IMG/VR virus record: IMGVR_UViG_3300021399_000113
Coordinates: 64,001-128,000 of that record
DNA length: 64,000 bases
Source of the DNA: a virus
Lineage: Duplodnaviria; Caudoviricetes
Reading direction: 5' to 3' (one strand)
Position 1 is the first letter of the stretch; each line of letters starts with the position of its first letter. A program made the translations under genes and the position numbers. The notes beneath the pieces are model-generated. The model worked only from the letters and a program-made list of their open reading frames with translations, was not told the DNA's origin and made no database searches. Positions 50,054 through 60,059 of the stretch are shown one piece after another.

Positions 50054-50065
50054 AGGATTTAAAAA

Positions 50066-51244
50066 ATGAGTGGAATGAATGATTTTAATTTAACCTCAAT
50101 TGATGAGGTTATTAAAACTGTTAGACAGTATGGGACTTCAAGTTGGATTTGGGAAAATGGAGAGATTAGTAAAGATGCTTTAGTTTGTAATATTTTCCCC
50201 ATTCTCGAAGATGCTAAACAGTTTGAAATCGAATTATCTGAAGAAGACTTCAGAGATATTGAAGAAGATTATGACACAGCAGACAACACTTATAATTATG
50301 GATGTAATATCTCTAATGAGTTGGATTGGAGAGAAAAGAAAGGTGTTGGCTGTATTGTTAAAGTGCATCTTGGTGGTGATGTGCGTGGCAATTACACTGA
50401 TTACTTTGCAGTAGAATCTATGGATGATATTTTTGGTCTTGACAGCACTTTTCAGCCAAAAGAAATTACGGACAGATATATTGCCGACTTAAATGCATTT
50501 TCTGAGTATTATGAAGTATATGATACTGTAACACAAGATAACATCGGTACATGTTATGAGATAGACAGAGAAGATGCTATCAAGTGGATTAAAGAGAATG
50601 CAGATGGAGATGAGACAGTGACTGAAGAACTTAAACTCAGAGAAGCTGTAGCTGATGAAAATACTCAGATTTGGGCTTCTGATGCAGAATACGATTATGT
50701 TGAATCTCTTGATAGAGACACACTTTTAAATGAGTTTGATTTTGTGTTTGAAGACCTTCCAGATGATAAAGATATAAATGAGTATTCGGATGATGAACTT
50801 AAAGAAAAAGTTCATGATTATGACTATGACTTAGACGTTGACCATGAGGATTTAGTTGAGGGTGTTATCCCAGAAATTGAAAAGCAGTGCTATGATAACA
50901 TGATTTGGTTTGTAGGTAACTACCAGAGATGGGATGGTGGTCATAGTGTTGTTGGATATTTTGATGATGTAGAAAAGGGTGTGGAGAGCGTTTGCTATCC
51001 AAATTATGATGCACGTACAGTGTTATATGAGGATAAAAATGGCAATGTTTGCTTCACAGAGTATTCACATGATGCACCTGTGGGTGGTACAGCAATGACA
51101 CTTTATTCATTTAAGGATAGGGACTCATTTGACAAAGCAGATGAAGAGGATGAGGATGGTGCTGTTTACTATGACAGTGAAGACCCAGAAACTGTTCATG
51201 GTTGGATAGAAAAAGGTTACTTAACTCCTATTAAGTGGAACTAA
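50066..51244 (+). CDS. acidic two-domain putative virion protein
   Basis: D/E-rich; HLGGDVRGNY motif; LKLREA linker. Confidence 0.7.
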   Translation: MSGMNDFNLTSIDEVIKTVRQYGTSSWIWENGEISKDALVCNIFPILEDAKQFEIELSEEDFRDIEEDYDTADNTYNYGCNISNELDWREKKGVGCIVKVHLGGDVRGNYTDYFAVESMDDIFGLDSTFQPKEITDRYIADLNAFSEYYEVYDTVTQDNIGTCYEIDREDAIKWIKENADGDETVTEELKLREAVADENTQIWASDAEYDYVESLDRDTLLNEFDFVFEDLPDDKDINEYSDDELKEKVHDYDYDLDVDHEDLVEGVIPEIEKQCYDNMIWFVGNYQRWDGGHSVVGYFDDVEKGVESVCYPNYDARTVLYEDKNGNVCFTEYSHDAPVGGTAMTLYSFKDRDSFDKADEEDEDGAVYYDSEDPETVHGWIEKGYLTPIKWN

Positions 51245-51245
51245 G

Positions 51246-52727
51246 ATGAAATTTAAATTACAAGAAAGAATTTCACAAAACTTATATTACGTATCAGACG
51301 TTGAATTAGTCGGTGGCAAGCCTTGGGTTATGTCAGAGGGAATACACATTGCCACCGACATCAATGTGTGTAGAGAGTTAGCAGATGCTAAAGGTTTTAC
51401 TGACCCTCATTATTATGAAGTTAAAGTAAGACCAGATGTATTAGCAAACGCTTTATTTCTTGATTATGATTTAGGTGTATGGTCTGCTGGGAATATTGCA
51501 GAAGAAATCATAAAGAAAACAAACAAAGAGAAGTACACAAGTGGTACTGACCCTAACCTCTACACAGATGATTCTCATTCTGGTGATACTATACCAACAC
51601 AAAGAATACACCTTAAAAGGGCGCTTGGTGATAGAGAGGTAAATCGTGCCAATGTCATTAAGAGCTATAAAGGTAAGACAATAAAGCAAGATGATGGCAC
51701 GAGAAAAGCTGATGTAAATACTGCAAGAGGTTGGGGATATTTAAAAGACCTTTTAAATAAACTTGGGTATAAATGTATCTCATATACTAATTATGTAGAG
51801 GATGAAAAGGGTTCTCTTTGTTACTTATTATTTTCAGCAGATGATATAATCTCTTGTAGACCTAAGAATAATATAAACCCTTTAGGTGAGTCTATGATAT
51901 TAAAAGAAAGAGAATATCTTGATAAAGATAGAGATATAATGGATTATGGTACTGGTAGGGCTGAGGGCACAAATGTGTTCACAGAACGTACTGGTGTCTC
52001 TTTCTATGATAATTTATTTGATAAACCAGATTATATGAGAGACCATAAAAATCTTGTTGGCGAAATCAAGTATATGACACCTCTGGAATATTATAAAGAG
52101 TGTTCAAAGATATTTAGTAATGATAAACATTTCGTATCTATTGATGACTTAAAGAATCAACGTAGTCATGATTCAAGAATTATAAATGAATTAACAGATA
52201 TAGTTACTAAATATAAAACAAGACTGTTCATGCCTTATCTTAATTATGCAGAAAAACAGCAAGAAGGTTTACATAGGATGCTTGCTGTTGCAAATATATT
52301 TGGCTGGACAGAAGAAGAGTTCCCAGTGCTTATTATAAATTGGGCAGATGAAGATTTACATAATGAGCAAGTAAGACAGCGATATGAAATGCACTGTCAA
52401 TGGGAAATTGAAGAGGCAATAAAAGAAGCGTTTAATTATTATTACCCATATAACAATTGTGAGGAATATCTCAAAGAGCAAATTCAGTGGGAGTTACCAA
52501 GAAAGCAAAGTTATATGACAGATGAAGATTTAAAAAGGGCTGTTGATACTCTTAAAGTAGAAATAACTAATGATAAAGTAATTGTTACTGTTGATGGTGA
52601 GGAATATCCTTATGATAGGTCATGGTTAAAGTTAGAAGACAATGATGATTTACCAGATGAAGATGTATTAACAGATAGTAATGTAGAAGATTTAATTGAT
52701 ATAGACGATTTAGAACTGGAAGATTAA
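51246..52727 (+). CDS. putative virion protein with ADP-ribosyltransferase-like and ParB-like domains (MKFKLQE leader)
   Basis: GIHIAT; LGYKCISYTNYVED..S.CYLLF; QEGLHRM. Confidence 0.5.
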   Translation: MKFKLQERISQNLYYVSDVELVGGKPWVMSEGIHIATDINVCRELADAKGFTDPHYYEVKVRPDVLANALFLDYDLGVWSAGNIAEEIIKKTNKEKYTSGTDPNLYTDDSHSGDTIPTQRIHLKRALGDREVNRANVIKSYKGKTIKQDDGTRKADVNTARGWGYLKDLLNKLGYKCISYTNYVEDEKGSLCYLLFSADDIISCRPKNNINPLGESMILKEREYLDKDRDIMDYGTGRAEGTNVFTERTGVSFYDNLFDKPDYMRDHKNLVGEIKYMTPLEYYKECSKIFSNDKHFVSIDDLKNQRSHDSRIINELTDIVTKYKTRLFMPYLNYAEKQQEGLHRMLAVANIFGWTEEEFPVLIINWADEDLHNEQVRQRYEMHCQWEIEEAIKEAFNYYYPYNNCEEYLKEQIQWELPRKQSYMTDEDLKRAVDTLKVEITNDKVIVTVDGEEYPYDRSWLKLEDNDDLPDEDVLTDSNVEDLIDIDDLELED

Positions 52728-52783
52728 CTTATGAAATTTACAAGAGTTTTAACTGAAGATTCTGATGAATAGATATTGATATA

Positions 52784-52818
52784 AATACTTGGGAACATAC
52801 TCCCAAGTATTTTTTTTT
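52784..52818 (+). terminator. intrinsic terminator
   Basis: AAATACTTGGGA/TCCCAAGTATTT followed by a T run. Confidence 0.85.
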
Positions 52819-52852
52819 AGTTATTGTATATTGTTGTGTGAGGGGTTCTATA

Positions 52853-53440
52853 ATGTTGTATAGAAGATTAAAATTAACAACAAGAGAGAAGACTAAAGTG
52901 ATAAATTATATTATGGAGAACTTTGTGACTTCTGATAAACCAGTGTCACACGCAAGTTTTATTTTGTCTAATGGGAAGTTTTTAGATATAGCAAACACAA
53001 AAGAATTGACAGATGTAACAATTCCACCTTCACATAGTGCAGTGGACGTGGTATTAAGTAGGGTAGGTCTTATCCCACCAGAATTTATTGACATATGTGG
53101 GAATGCCAGCTTAACTATGAGGGAGTTAAACGCTGTAAGGATTAACGACAACGTAGACTACCCAGAGGGTAGCCCATACATTGAATTGCCACAATATGAA
53201 TTGACAAATGCACAGTATTATGCTTTAGAAGATTATGTTAATTATCTTTATGATAAATTCCATAATACATATAAGATGTTGCAATTGGGTGGGATAGATT
53301 GTTTCCCAGATGATTACCCTATAAAATCAATAGACGCTAAAGATATTGTTAAGAAAGTAAAAAAGTTCTATAGTTGTTCAAAGATGTATGAGAGTGACAA
53401 CTTTAACCATTTTGGAGACTATTTAAACAGATATTACTAA
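52853..53440 (+). CDS. hypothetical protein
   Basis: ORF; FIL.NG.F motif resembles 2775. Confidence 0.7.
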   Translation: MLYRRLKLTTREKTKVINYIMENFVTSDKPVSHASFILSNGKFLDIANTKELTDVTIPPSHSAVDVVLSRVGLIPPEFIDICGNASLTMRELNAVRINDNVDYPEGSPYIELPQYELTNAQYYALEDYVNYLYDKFHNTYKMLQLGGIDCFPDDYPIKSIDAKDIVKKVKKFYSCSKMYESDNFNHFGDYLNRYY

Positions 53441-53451
53441 GGAACAAGTGA

Positions 53452-56400
53452 ATGATAAATATAAATACTGAACAATTTAATAATTTATCGGCAGAAGAAC
53501 AAAAAGAAGTCGTTAAGATATTAAACGAGTATGCAGAAAAAGGTGCTTCAGTAACATTCGATAATCTTTTATATGAGGATTATAAAGAAATACCAGTAGA
53601 TATAGAAACCTTTATTACAGATGATAGATATTTAGGTAAGGCTTGGAAAGATACTGAGAACCATATAAAGTTGTACCCATTCTGGCTTGAACAACTTAAA
53701 AAGTTATTTCCAACTAATCTTGATACCGCATACAACACTCTGCTTGAAAGCGGAGCAAGGGGAATTGGTAAAGCACAACCTTTATATTCTAAATTACTCA
53801 CTCCAAATGGCTTCATTACAATGAAAGATGTCACTGTTGGCAGTTTGGTTTATGGGGAAGATGGTAAGCCCCATAAGGTTACTCATATCTTTCCACAAGG
53901 GGAGAAAGATGTGTATGAGGTTAGGTTTAGTGATAACTCTACAACACGTTGCTGTAAAGAGCATTTATGGACAGTTATTCAAAAATATAACCATAATAGA
54001 GAAACCACAATTACCCTTGAAGATATTATGAATAGAGGGCTTAGGACTAATCCAACTAAGCATGGATGGACTGCTTGTAGATTTGGAATTCCTATAACTG
54101 CCCCAGTTGAGTTTGAGCATAGGGATGTGTTTATATCTCCTTATACCCTTGGAGTACTTATTGGTGATGGTCATATTTGTGGTGGAAACACTTGCTTTAC
54201 TTCAATCGACTCAGAGATTGTTGATAGGGTGACCTCTGAAATACTTCCTAATGGATATGTTTTATCAAGGTATGAAGACTCTTATAGTATTGTAAATGCT
54301 GATAAATCCCATAAAGGGAAGATAAATAATGACAATAAATATAAACAAGCTATTCATGATTTAAAACTTGATGTGAAGTCTTATGAGAAGTTTATACCAG
54401 AAGATTATTTATTAACTGATGTAAACAGTCGTATTCAATTATTACAGGGGTTAATGGACACTGATGGCTATGTGACAAAGGGTGGCTATTTAGTTTATTA
54501 TACTACAAGTGAGAGACTAAGAGATGACTTTATTTTCTTAGTTCAATCGTTAGGTGGTACTGCTCCTTGCAGAATTAAAAAGGGTAAATATAAAAATACT
54601 AATGGAGAAGTTGTTGAGTGTAGGGACTGTTATGAAATAACTGTAAATTTACCTTCATCAATCTCACCTTGTTCATTAACCAGAAAACTTATTAGATTAA
54701 ATAATAATAAAAAAGAACCATTTAGAACTATACATGAAATTACCTATGTAGGAAAAGAAGAGTGTCAGTGCATATTGATAGATAGTGATAAGCACTTGTA
54801 TCTAACTGATAATCTTATAGTGACTCATAACTCTGAGGTCGCCTGTGGCTGTGCAATGGCATATCTTATGTATAGAGTAATGTGCCTTAAAAATCCTCTT
54901 GAGTTTTATCATCTAAAACCAACAGAAAAAATTGTGTTCGCATTTATGAATATTAAGAAAGAGTTGTCAAAAGAAATTGCCATAAGTAAATTTCAGAAAA
55001 CAATTCAGTTATCTCCTTGGTTTATGGCAAGGGGCACTATGACACAATTTGAAAATGCACCCTATTGGAATCCTCCAAGTGACATTAGTATTGTTATTGG
55101 TTCACAGTCAGATGACGTTATTGGTCAGCCAATATTCTGTGCGTTTTTCGATGAAATATCCTTTGTGCGCAATCAAGATATAGATAAGCAGAAAAAGAAA
55201 GCACTTGATATGATTGACACTGCTCTTGGTGGTATGCGAACAAGATTTATTCACGAAGGTAAAAATCCTACCCTTTTGATTGTTGCATCATCAAAGAGAA
55301 GCGAACAGTCTTTCATGGAATCATATATTAAGACTAAATCAGAGACTGAAGGTAACTCTACTCTTGTCGTAGATAAGCCAGTTTGGGAAGTAAAACCACA
55401 AGGTACATATAAGCCAATTACCTTTAAAGTCGGATTAGGTAATAAGTTCCTTGAGAGTGTTGTTATTCCAGATGGAGCAGATGTTTGGGAATATAAATCC
55501 AAGGGATACACCATTATAGATGTTCCCATTGATTTTAAAGCAACGTTTATAGAAAATATAAATAGAGCTTTATGTGACTATGCTGGTATATCTTCTTTCT
55601 CAGCCAATAAATATTTCTCTGGCGAAGTTGTTGCTGAGAATATATTAGATTTTATCCATAATGCAATGCCAGAACTTATTACAGTAGGCAATATGGATAA
55701 AGTACAATATAAAGATTACTTTGATATGACCAAAATACCAAGTGAATATAAATATAAACCTTTGTATATACATTTGGATATGTCTGTATCTGGAGATACT
55801 ACTGGTATCTGTGGTACTTGGATTATAGGTAAGAAACCAACTACTGAAGGTGATGCTGGAAAAGATTTATTATTCAGACTTGCTTTTGGATTTGCGGTAA
55901 GAGCACCAAAAGGACAGCAAATCTCATTTGAGAAGAACAGAAACTTTATCAGATGGTTAAGGGAGCAAGGTTTTAATATTGGAGAAATATCAGCCGATAC
56001 ATTCCAGTCCTATGATTTATTACAGATATTACAGAGTGAGGGATTTAATACCACCATTCTTTCAGTGGATAGAGTTGACCCAGAAAGTCACATCTGTAAA
56101 CCATATCAATTCTTACGCTCAACAGTGTATGAACATAGGTTACAGATGTTTAAATGTGATAGATTATTTGATGAGTTTGTAGAAGTTGAAAGAAATAACA
56201 GCACAGGTAAAATTGACCACCCTACTGGCGGTAGAAAGGACTTACTTGATGCTGTGTGTGGTTCAGTGTTTACTGCATCATCTCATGCAGAAGAGTACGC
56301 ATATAATTTCGGAGAAGATTTGGATTTAGCTATTCAAACTAATACAGCTAATCCAATGATAACTCAACAACAGATACAAATGAATTTGGATGATATTCTT

Positions 56401-56520
56401 AAATCAATAAGACAAAGACAAGACGCAGTAAATAAACAAGTAGAAACAACAGTAGGCATAAATAGCCGCAATCTTGCCAATGACTTATACTTAACAAGTC
56501 AAGGTATTGTTGCGATATAG
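53452..56520 (+). CDS. terL: terminase large subunit with intein
   Basis: Walker A GARGIGK|S, Walker B FFDEI, nuclease HLDMS..GD, KIDHP..G.KD..DAV. Confidence 0.92.
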   Translation: MININTEQFNNLSAEEQKEVVKILNEYAEKGASVTFDNLLYEDYKEIPVDIETFITDDRYLGKAWKDTENHIKLYPFWLEQLKKLFPTNLDTAYNTLLESGARGIGKAQPLYSKLLTPNGFITMKDVTVGSLVYGEDGKPHKVTHIFPQGEKDVYEVRFSDNSTTRCCKEHLWTVIQKYNHNRETTITLEDIMNRGLRTNPTKHGWTACRFGIPITAPVEFEHRDVFISPYTLGVLIGDGHICGGNTCFTSIDSEIVDRVTSEILPNGYVLSRYEDSYSIVNADKSHKGKINNDNKYKQAIHDLKLDVKSYEKFIPEDYLLTDVNSRIQLLQGLMDTDGYVTKGGYLVYYTTSERLRDDFIFLVQSLGGTAPCRIKKGKYKNTNGEVVECRDCYEITVNLPSSISPCSLTRKLIRLNNNKKEPFRTIHEITYVGKEECQCILIDSDKHLYLTDNLIVTHNSEVACGCAMAYLMYRVMCLKNPLEFYHLKPTEKIVFAFMNIKKELSKEIAISKFQKTIQLSPWFMARGTMTQFENAPYWNPPSDISIVIGSQSDDVIGQPIFCAFFDEISFVRNQDIDKQKKKALDMIDTALGGMRTRFIHEGKNPTLLIVASSKRSEQSFMESYIKTKSETEGNSTLVVDKPVWEVKPQGTYKPITFKVGLGNKFLESVVIPDGADVWEYKSKGYTIIDVPIDFKATFIENINRALCDYAGISSFSANKYFSGEVVAENILDFIHNAMPELITVGNMDKVQYKDYFDMTKIPSEYKYKPLYIHLDMSVSGDTTGICGTWIIGKKPTTEGDAGKDLLFRLAFGFAVRAPKGQQISFEKNRNFIRWLREQGFNIGEISADTFQSYDLLQILQSEGFNTTILSVDRVDPESHICKPYQFLRSTVYEHRLQMFKCDRLFDEFVEVERNNSTGKIDHPTGGRKDLLDAVCGSVFTASSHAEEYAYNFGEDLDLAIQTNTANPMITQQQIQMNLDDILKSIRQRQDAVNKQVETTVGINSRNLANDLYLTSQGIVAI
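53773..54831 (+). mobile_element. class 3-type intein (Ala1) with LAGLIDADG endonuclease in the terminase P-loop (aa 108-460)
   Basis: AQPLYSK...HLW...CQCI...VTHN|S; LGVLIGDG, LQGLMDTDG. Confidence 0.92.
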
Positions 56521-56528
56521 AGGTTAAA

Positions 56529-57584
56529 ATGATAACTGAAAAATATATAAAGTACAACATTAACTCAAAGGATAAAAGGACTACAGATTGTGTGGCAAGA
56601 GCAATCTCTACAGCTCTTGATAAAAATTATAATGATGTGCATAAGGCATTGTTAGCAATGCGTAAAGCTGAAAATAAATCATCTTATAAAATAGCCTCAG
56701 TATATGACAAGGTTATAAATCAATTAGCTGGACAACCAATTGAAAATGTTGTTCTGTATACCCCAATAACAGTGGGGCAGTTCTGTGAGGATAATCCGAA
56801 TGGGACATACATACTCCATTGTAAGAGTGATGGATTTACCACTGGACATTTGTGTGCTGTAATCAATGGGGACTTATATGATACTTGGAATTCTTCACAT
56901 TGGATTGTGCAAGATTTCTATGAAGTTCCTTCTGAAAGAGATGTAGTAGATGTTTACACAGATGAACGTGAGGATAAGATTGATAATTTTGTCCAAACAT
57001 TCAGTAAGACTTATTCAAAGCAGATAAGGGATGTTGTGCATACAGCACCAAACATAAAAGCTTGGTGGAGTGGTGCAAGATGTACTGACCCATATACAAT
57101 TGAGGTTAGTATAGGATTGTATGATTTTCTTGCTACATCTACACAGCAGAAGCCAACATTACTTTTTAAATATCCTATAAAAATATCTTTAAGGGAAACA
57201 GATGTTGATACAGCACTTGATAATGGACTGCAAGAAGTGCTAAAAAGTCTTAAACGTAAATTGTATGAATATAACAGAAAGTCCTCTGTAGGGTCAAATC
57301 ACAATTCAAATGTGGATGTAATTCCAGAGCACGATGATTATACCTATGGAAAGGTTAAATCACTTACTGAAGATGAGAAGCGTTTAATTTCGAGAATAGA
57401 TGGAAATGGTAGAGGTGGTTACTATCGAGTTTGGATATATACCTTGCCAGACGATGAATGGTATGAGAAGTTGTCGAATGGATTTCCAGTACGAAGAGAT
57501 TTTGAAATCTTTGGTGGTGTACCAGAACTGCATAAGTGGTTAAAGACCTATATTAAATCTAATGGTAAAGAAGTATTATGGTAA
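56529..57584 (+). CDS. protein with N-terminal papain-like (C/H/D) domain
   Basis: DCVARAI, GHLCAVING..YDTWNS. Confidence 0.6.
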   Translation: MITEKYIKYNINSKDKRTTDCVARAISTALDKNYNDVHKALLAMRKAENKSSYKIASVYDKVINQLAGQPIENVVLYTPITVGQFCEDNPNGTYILHCKSDGFTTGHLCAVINGDLYDTWNSSHWIVQDFYEVPSERDVVDVYTDEREDKIDNFVQTFSKTYSKQIRDVVHTAPNIKAWWSGARCTDPYTIEVSIGLYDFLATSTQQKPTLLFKYPIKISLRETDVDTALDNGLQEVLKSLKRKLYEYNRKSSVGSNHNSNVDVIPEHDDYTYGKVKSLTEDEKRLISRIDGNGRGGYYRVWIYTLPDDEWYEKLSNGFPVRRDFEIFGGVPELHKWLKTYIKSNGKEVLW

Positions 57585-57605
57585 TACATTAAGGAGAGTA
57601 ATAAC

Positions 57606-59495
57606 TTGGAAGATAATAATGTATTTGAAATAGAAAAGGGCACATATAATAGAGAAACAGTTTCAGTTCCAAAGCCACAACCTAAAACTGGTATGGACAC
57701 TGATGGAGCATTCTATGATAATATTATATCGGCTGGCTTAACAAACCAACTTGATACAAGTGAGATTGATAGATTCTCCACATTATCAGAACGTAGAAAT
57801 CAAATCTATAAAATGTTTGATGCTATGGGAGAAGATTCAAGAGTGTCTGCTGTATTAGACACATATGCTGAGGATGCTACTGAGCCAAGTGATACTGGTA
57901 GAATCATGTGGTGTGAATCAGATGATGCTGATGTGGCAAAACTCATTACGTTCTATCTTGATAGCATGAACGTAGATAAGAACTGTTTTAAGTGGGCACA
58001 CGCACTCTGTAAATATGGTGATGTTTATTTAAGACTTTATAGAGAGTCAGATGAAGATGACCATTTATTTAACAAAGAGGATATTGACGCAAGAGAGTCA
58101 GTAAACGAGAATAGGAAGTCAACTCTTACAGAGGCAATTAAGATAAGAGCCTATAAGAAAACGGATAACTATACTCATTATGTTGAGATGAAAGAAAACC
58201 CAGCAGAAATGTTTGAGCTGAGTAAGTTCGGTAAGACTTATGGATTTATCCAAGCAGATGTAGAGCGTGTTACAGACGACAACTCACCGATTATGTACCA
58301 AGAATATTATAGATATAAGTTTAACCAAAAAGATATAAACATCTTTGAGGCAACTGAATGGGTGCATGGTATGTTGGAAGATAATTCTTCTCGTAACCCA
58401 GAAGAAGTTACAATCTTTTTATCTGACAATCTGGAAGACGAGAAGAAGTATACCTATAAAGTTAAGAGAGGTCAATCTTTACTGTATCACGCATTTAAGA
58501 TTTGGAGAGAGCTAACACTACTTGAGAACTCTCTTATGCTTAATCGTGTTACCAAATCTTCAGTGTTAAGAGTAATCAGTTCAGAAGTTAAGGATATGCC
58601 AAAAGAGAATGTCATTCCTCACCTTCAGTCCATTAAGAACATGGTAGAGCAAAAGACAGCTCTTAATACAAATCAATCTATGTCTGAATATACAAATCCA
58701 GCACCAATGGAGAATACCATTTATGTATCAACAAGAAATGGTGTAGGTGCATTAACTGCATCACAGATTGGTGGAGATGTTGATATAAAATCCATAGCGG
58801 ACATTGAGTATTTCTTAAATGCTTTGTTTGGAACATTACGTGTACCTAAACAGTATTTTGGATATGTAGATGATAATGGTGGATTTAGTGGTGGTCAATC
58901 ACTCTCTATTATTTCATCTCGTTATGCTAAGTTAGTAAAGCGTATTCAGAATGCACTTATACAAATGGTAACAGATGCAGTCAACCTCATGTTAATTGAC
59001 GTAGGGTTAGACGCATATATTAATAAATACACATTAAAGATGCAAGCACCTACAACACAAGAAGAGATTGATAGACGTGATAACACATCTGGAAAGGTAC
59101 AGCTTGTATCAGATATTATGAATATGTTATCTGATATAGAAAGCCCAGTTGTTAAATTAACAATTCTTAAAACTTTACTTGCAGATGTTGTAAATGAGCC
59201 AGAAGTAATTAGTCTTATTCAAGAAGAGATTGATAGACTTGAACAAGAGGGTGCAACCGAAGGTGAATCCGAAGAGGGTAATAATGACTTTGGTGGAGAA
59301 TCTACTGGCTTAGGTGGTGGTGGATTTGATAGAAGCACACCAATGGATTTAAATGATGAAGCAACTGATTTTGGTGGAGACATAGAGGACAATGAAACCT
59401 CTGATACAGAAGAGCCAGAAAAGGGTGCTGAAGAAACTGTATTACCATCACCAAGTGATTTAGGTGTTGACTTTACTAATGATAATGAACAGTAA
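57606..59495 (+). CDS. portal protein (T4 gp20-like), TTG start
   Basis: LCKYGD, W.EL.LLE.S....R, DIEYF...LF..LRVPK, RYAK.VKRIQ; acidic tail. Confidence 0.9.
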   Translation: MEDNNVFEIEKGTYNRETVSVPKPQPKTGMDTDGAFYDNIISAGLTNQLDTSEIDRFSTLSERRNQIYKMFDAMGEDSRVSAVLDTYAEDATEPSDTGRIMWCESDDADVAKLITFYLDSMNVDKNCFKWAHALCKYGDVYLRLYRESDEDDHLFNKEDIDARESVNENRKSTLTEAIKIRAYKKTDNYTHYVEMKENPAEMFELSKFGKTYGFIQADVERVTDDNSPIMYQEYYRYKFNQKDINIFEATEWVHGMLEDNSSRNPEEVTIFLSDNLEDEKKYTYKVKRGQSLLYHAFKIWRELTLLENSLMLNRVTKSSVLRVISSEVKDMPKENVIPHLQSIKNMVEQKTALNTNQSMSEYTNPAPMENTIYVSTRNGVGALTASQIGGDVDIKSIADIEYFLNALFGTLRVPKQYFGYVDDNGGFSGGQSLSIISSRYAKLVKRIQNALIQMVTDAVNLMLIDVGLDAYINKYTLKMQAPTTQEEIDRRDNTSGKVQLVSDIMNMLSDIESPVVKLTILKTLLADVVNEPEVISLIQEEIDRLEQEGATEGESEEGNNDFGGESTGLGGGGFDRSTPMDLNDEATDFGGDIEDNETSDTEEPEKGAEETVLPSPSDLGVDFTNDNEQ

Positions 59496-59517
59496 TAACT
59501 GGAAAGGATAACTACAA

Positions 59518-59964
59518 ATGGTAACAAAAAACGATTGTATATTACTTTTGTCTACTATTGGAACAGATGAAGCAAAGGCAGAATTAACTAACCTTGTTAA
59601 AAATGGACTGACAATTGATACATTAAAATGTATCAATAAAAACAGAGAGCTGTCCGTATCTGCTTTCTATGAAAAGATAAGGAATTCTTATAATAATAAG
59701 AAATCTAAATTGTATATAAATATAGTAAAAGGAAATCTGCAAGACGCTGATGATATATTAACCACATTAGCGTCCTTGCAGTTACAGATATTATTATTTG
59801 CAAAGACAGTAGAGGATAGACAAATCTTTTTAAGACATGCAAGATTTGGAGATATATCTGCTGTATTAGGTCAGTATAGTAAAACTTATGACTTAATTCC
59901 TTGTCAGAAACTTCTTACATATATCAGAGCAGATTTAAAAGTGTTTGAGGAATGTAAGAAATAA
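59518..59964 (+). CDS. head-module hypothetical protein
   Basis: lies between portal and protease. Confidence 0.75.
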   Translation: MVTKNDCILLLSTIGTDEAKAELTNLVKNGLTIDTLKCINKNRELSVSAFYEKIRNSYNNKKSKLYINIVKGNLQDADDILTTLASLQLQILLFAKTVEDRQIFLRHARFGDISAVLGQYSKTYDLIPCQKLLTYIRADLKVFEECKK

Positions 59965-60059
59965 TACAAAAAGTTTGAATATTCGTAAAAATAAATTATA
60001 ATAATTGTATTAAAATATTGTGAGAGAAAGATGATTTCTCTTTTTGGAAGGAGTAGAAG

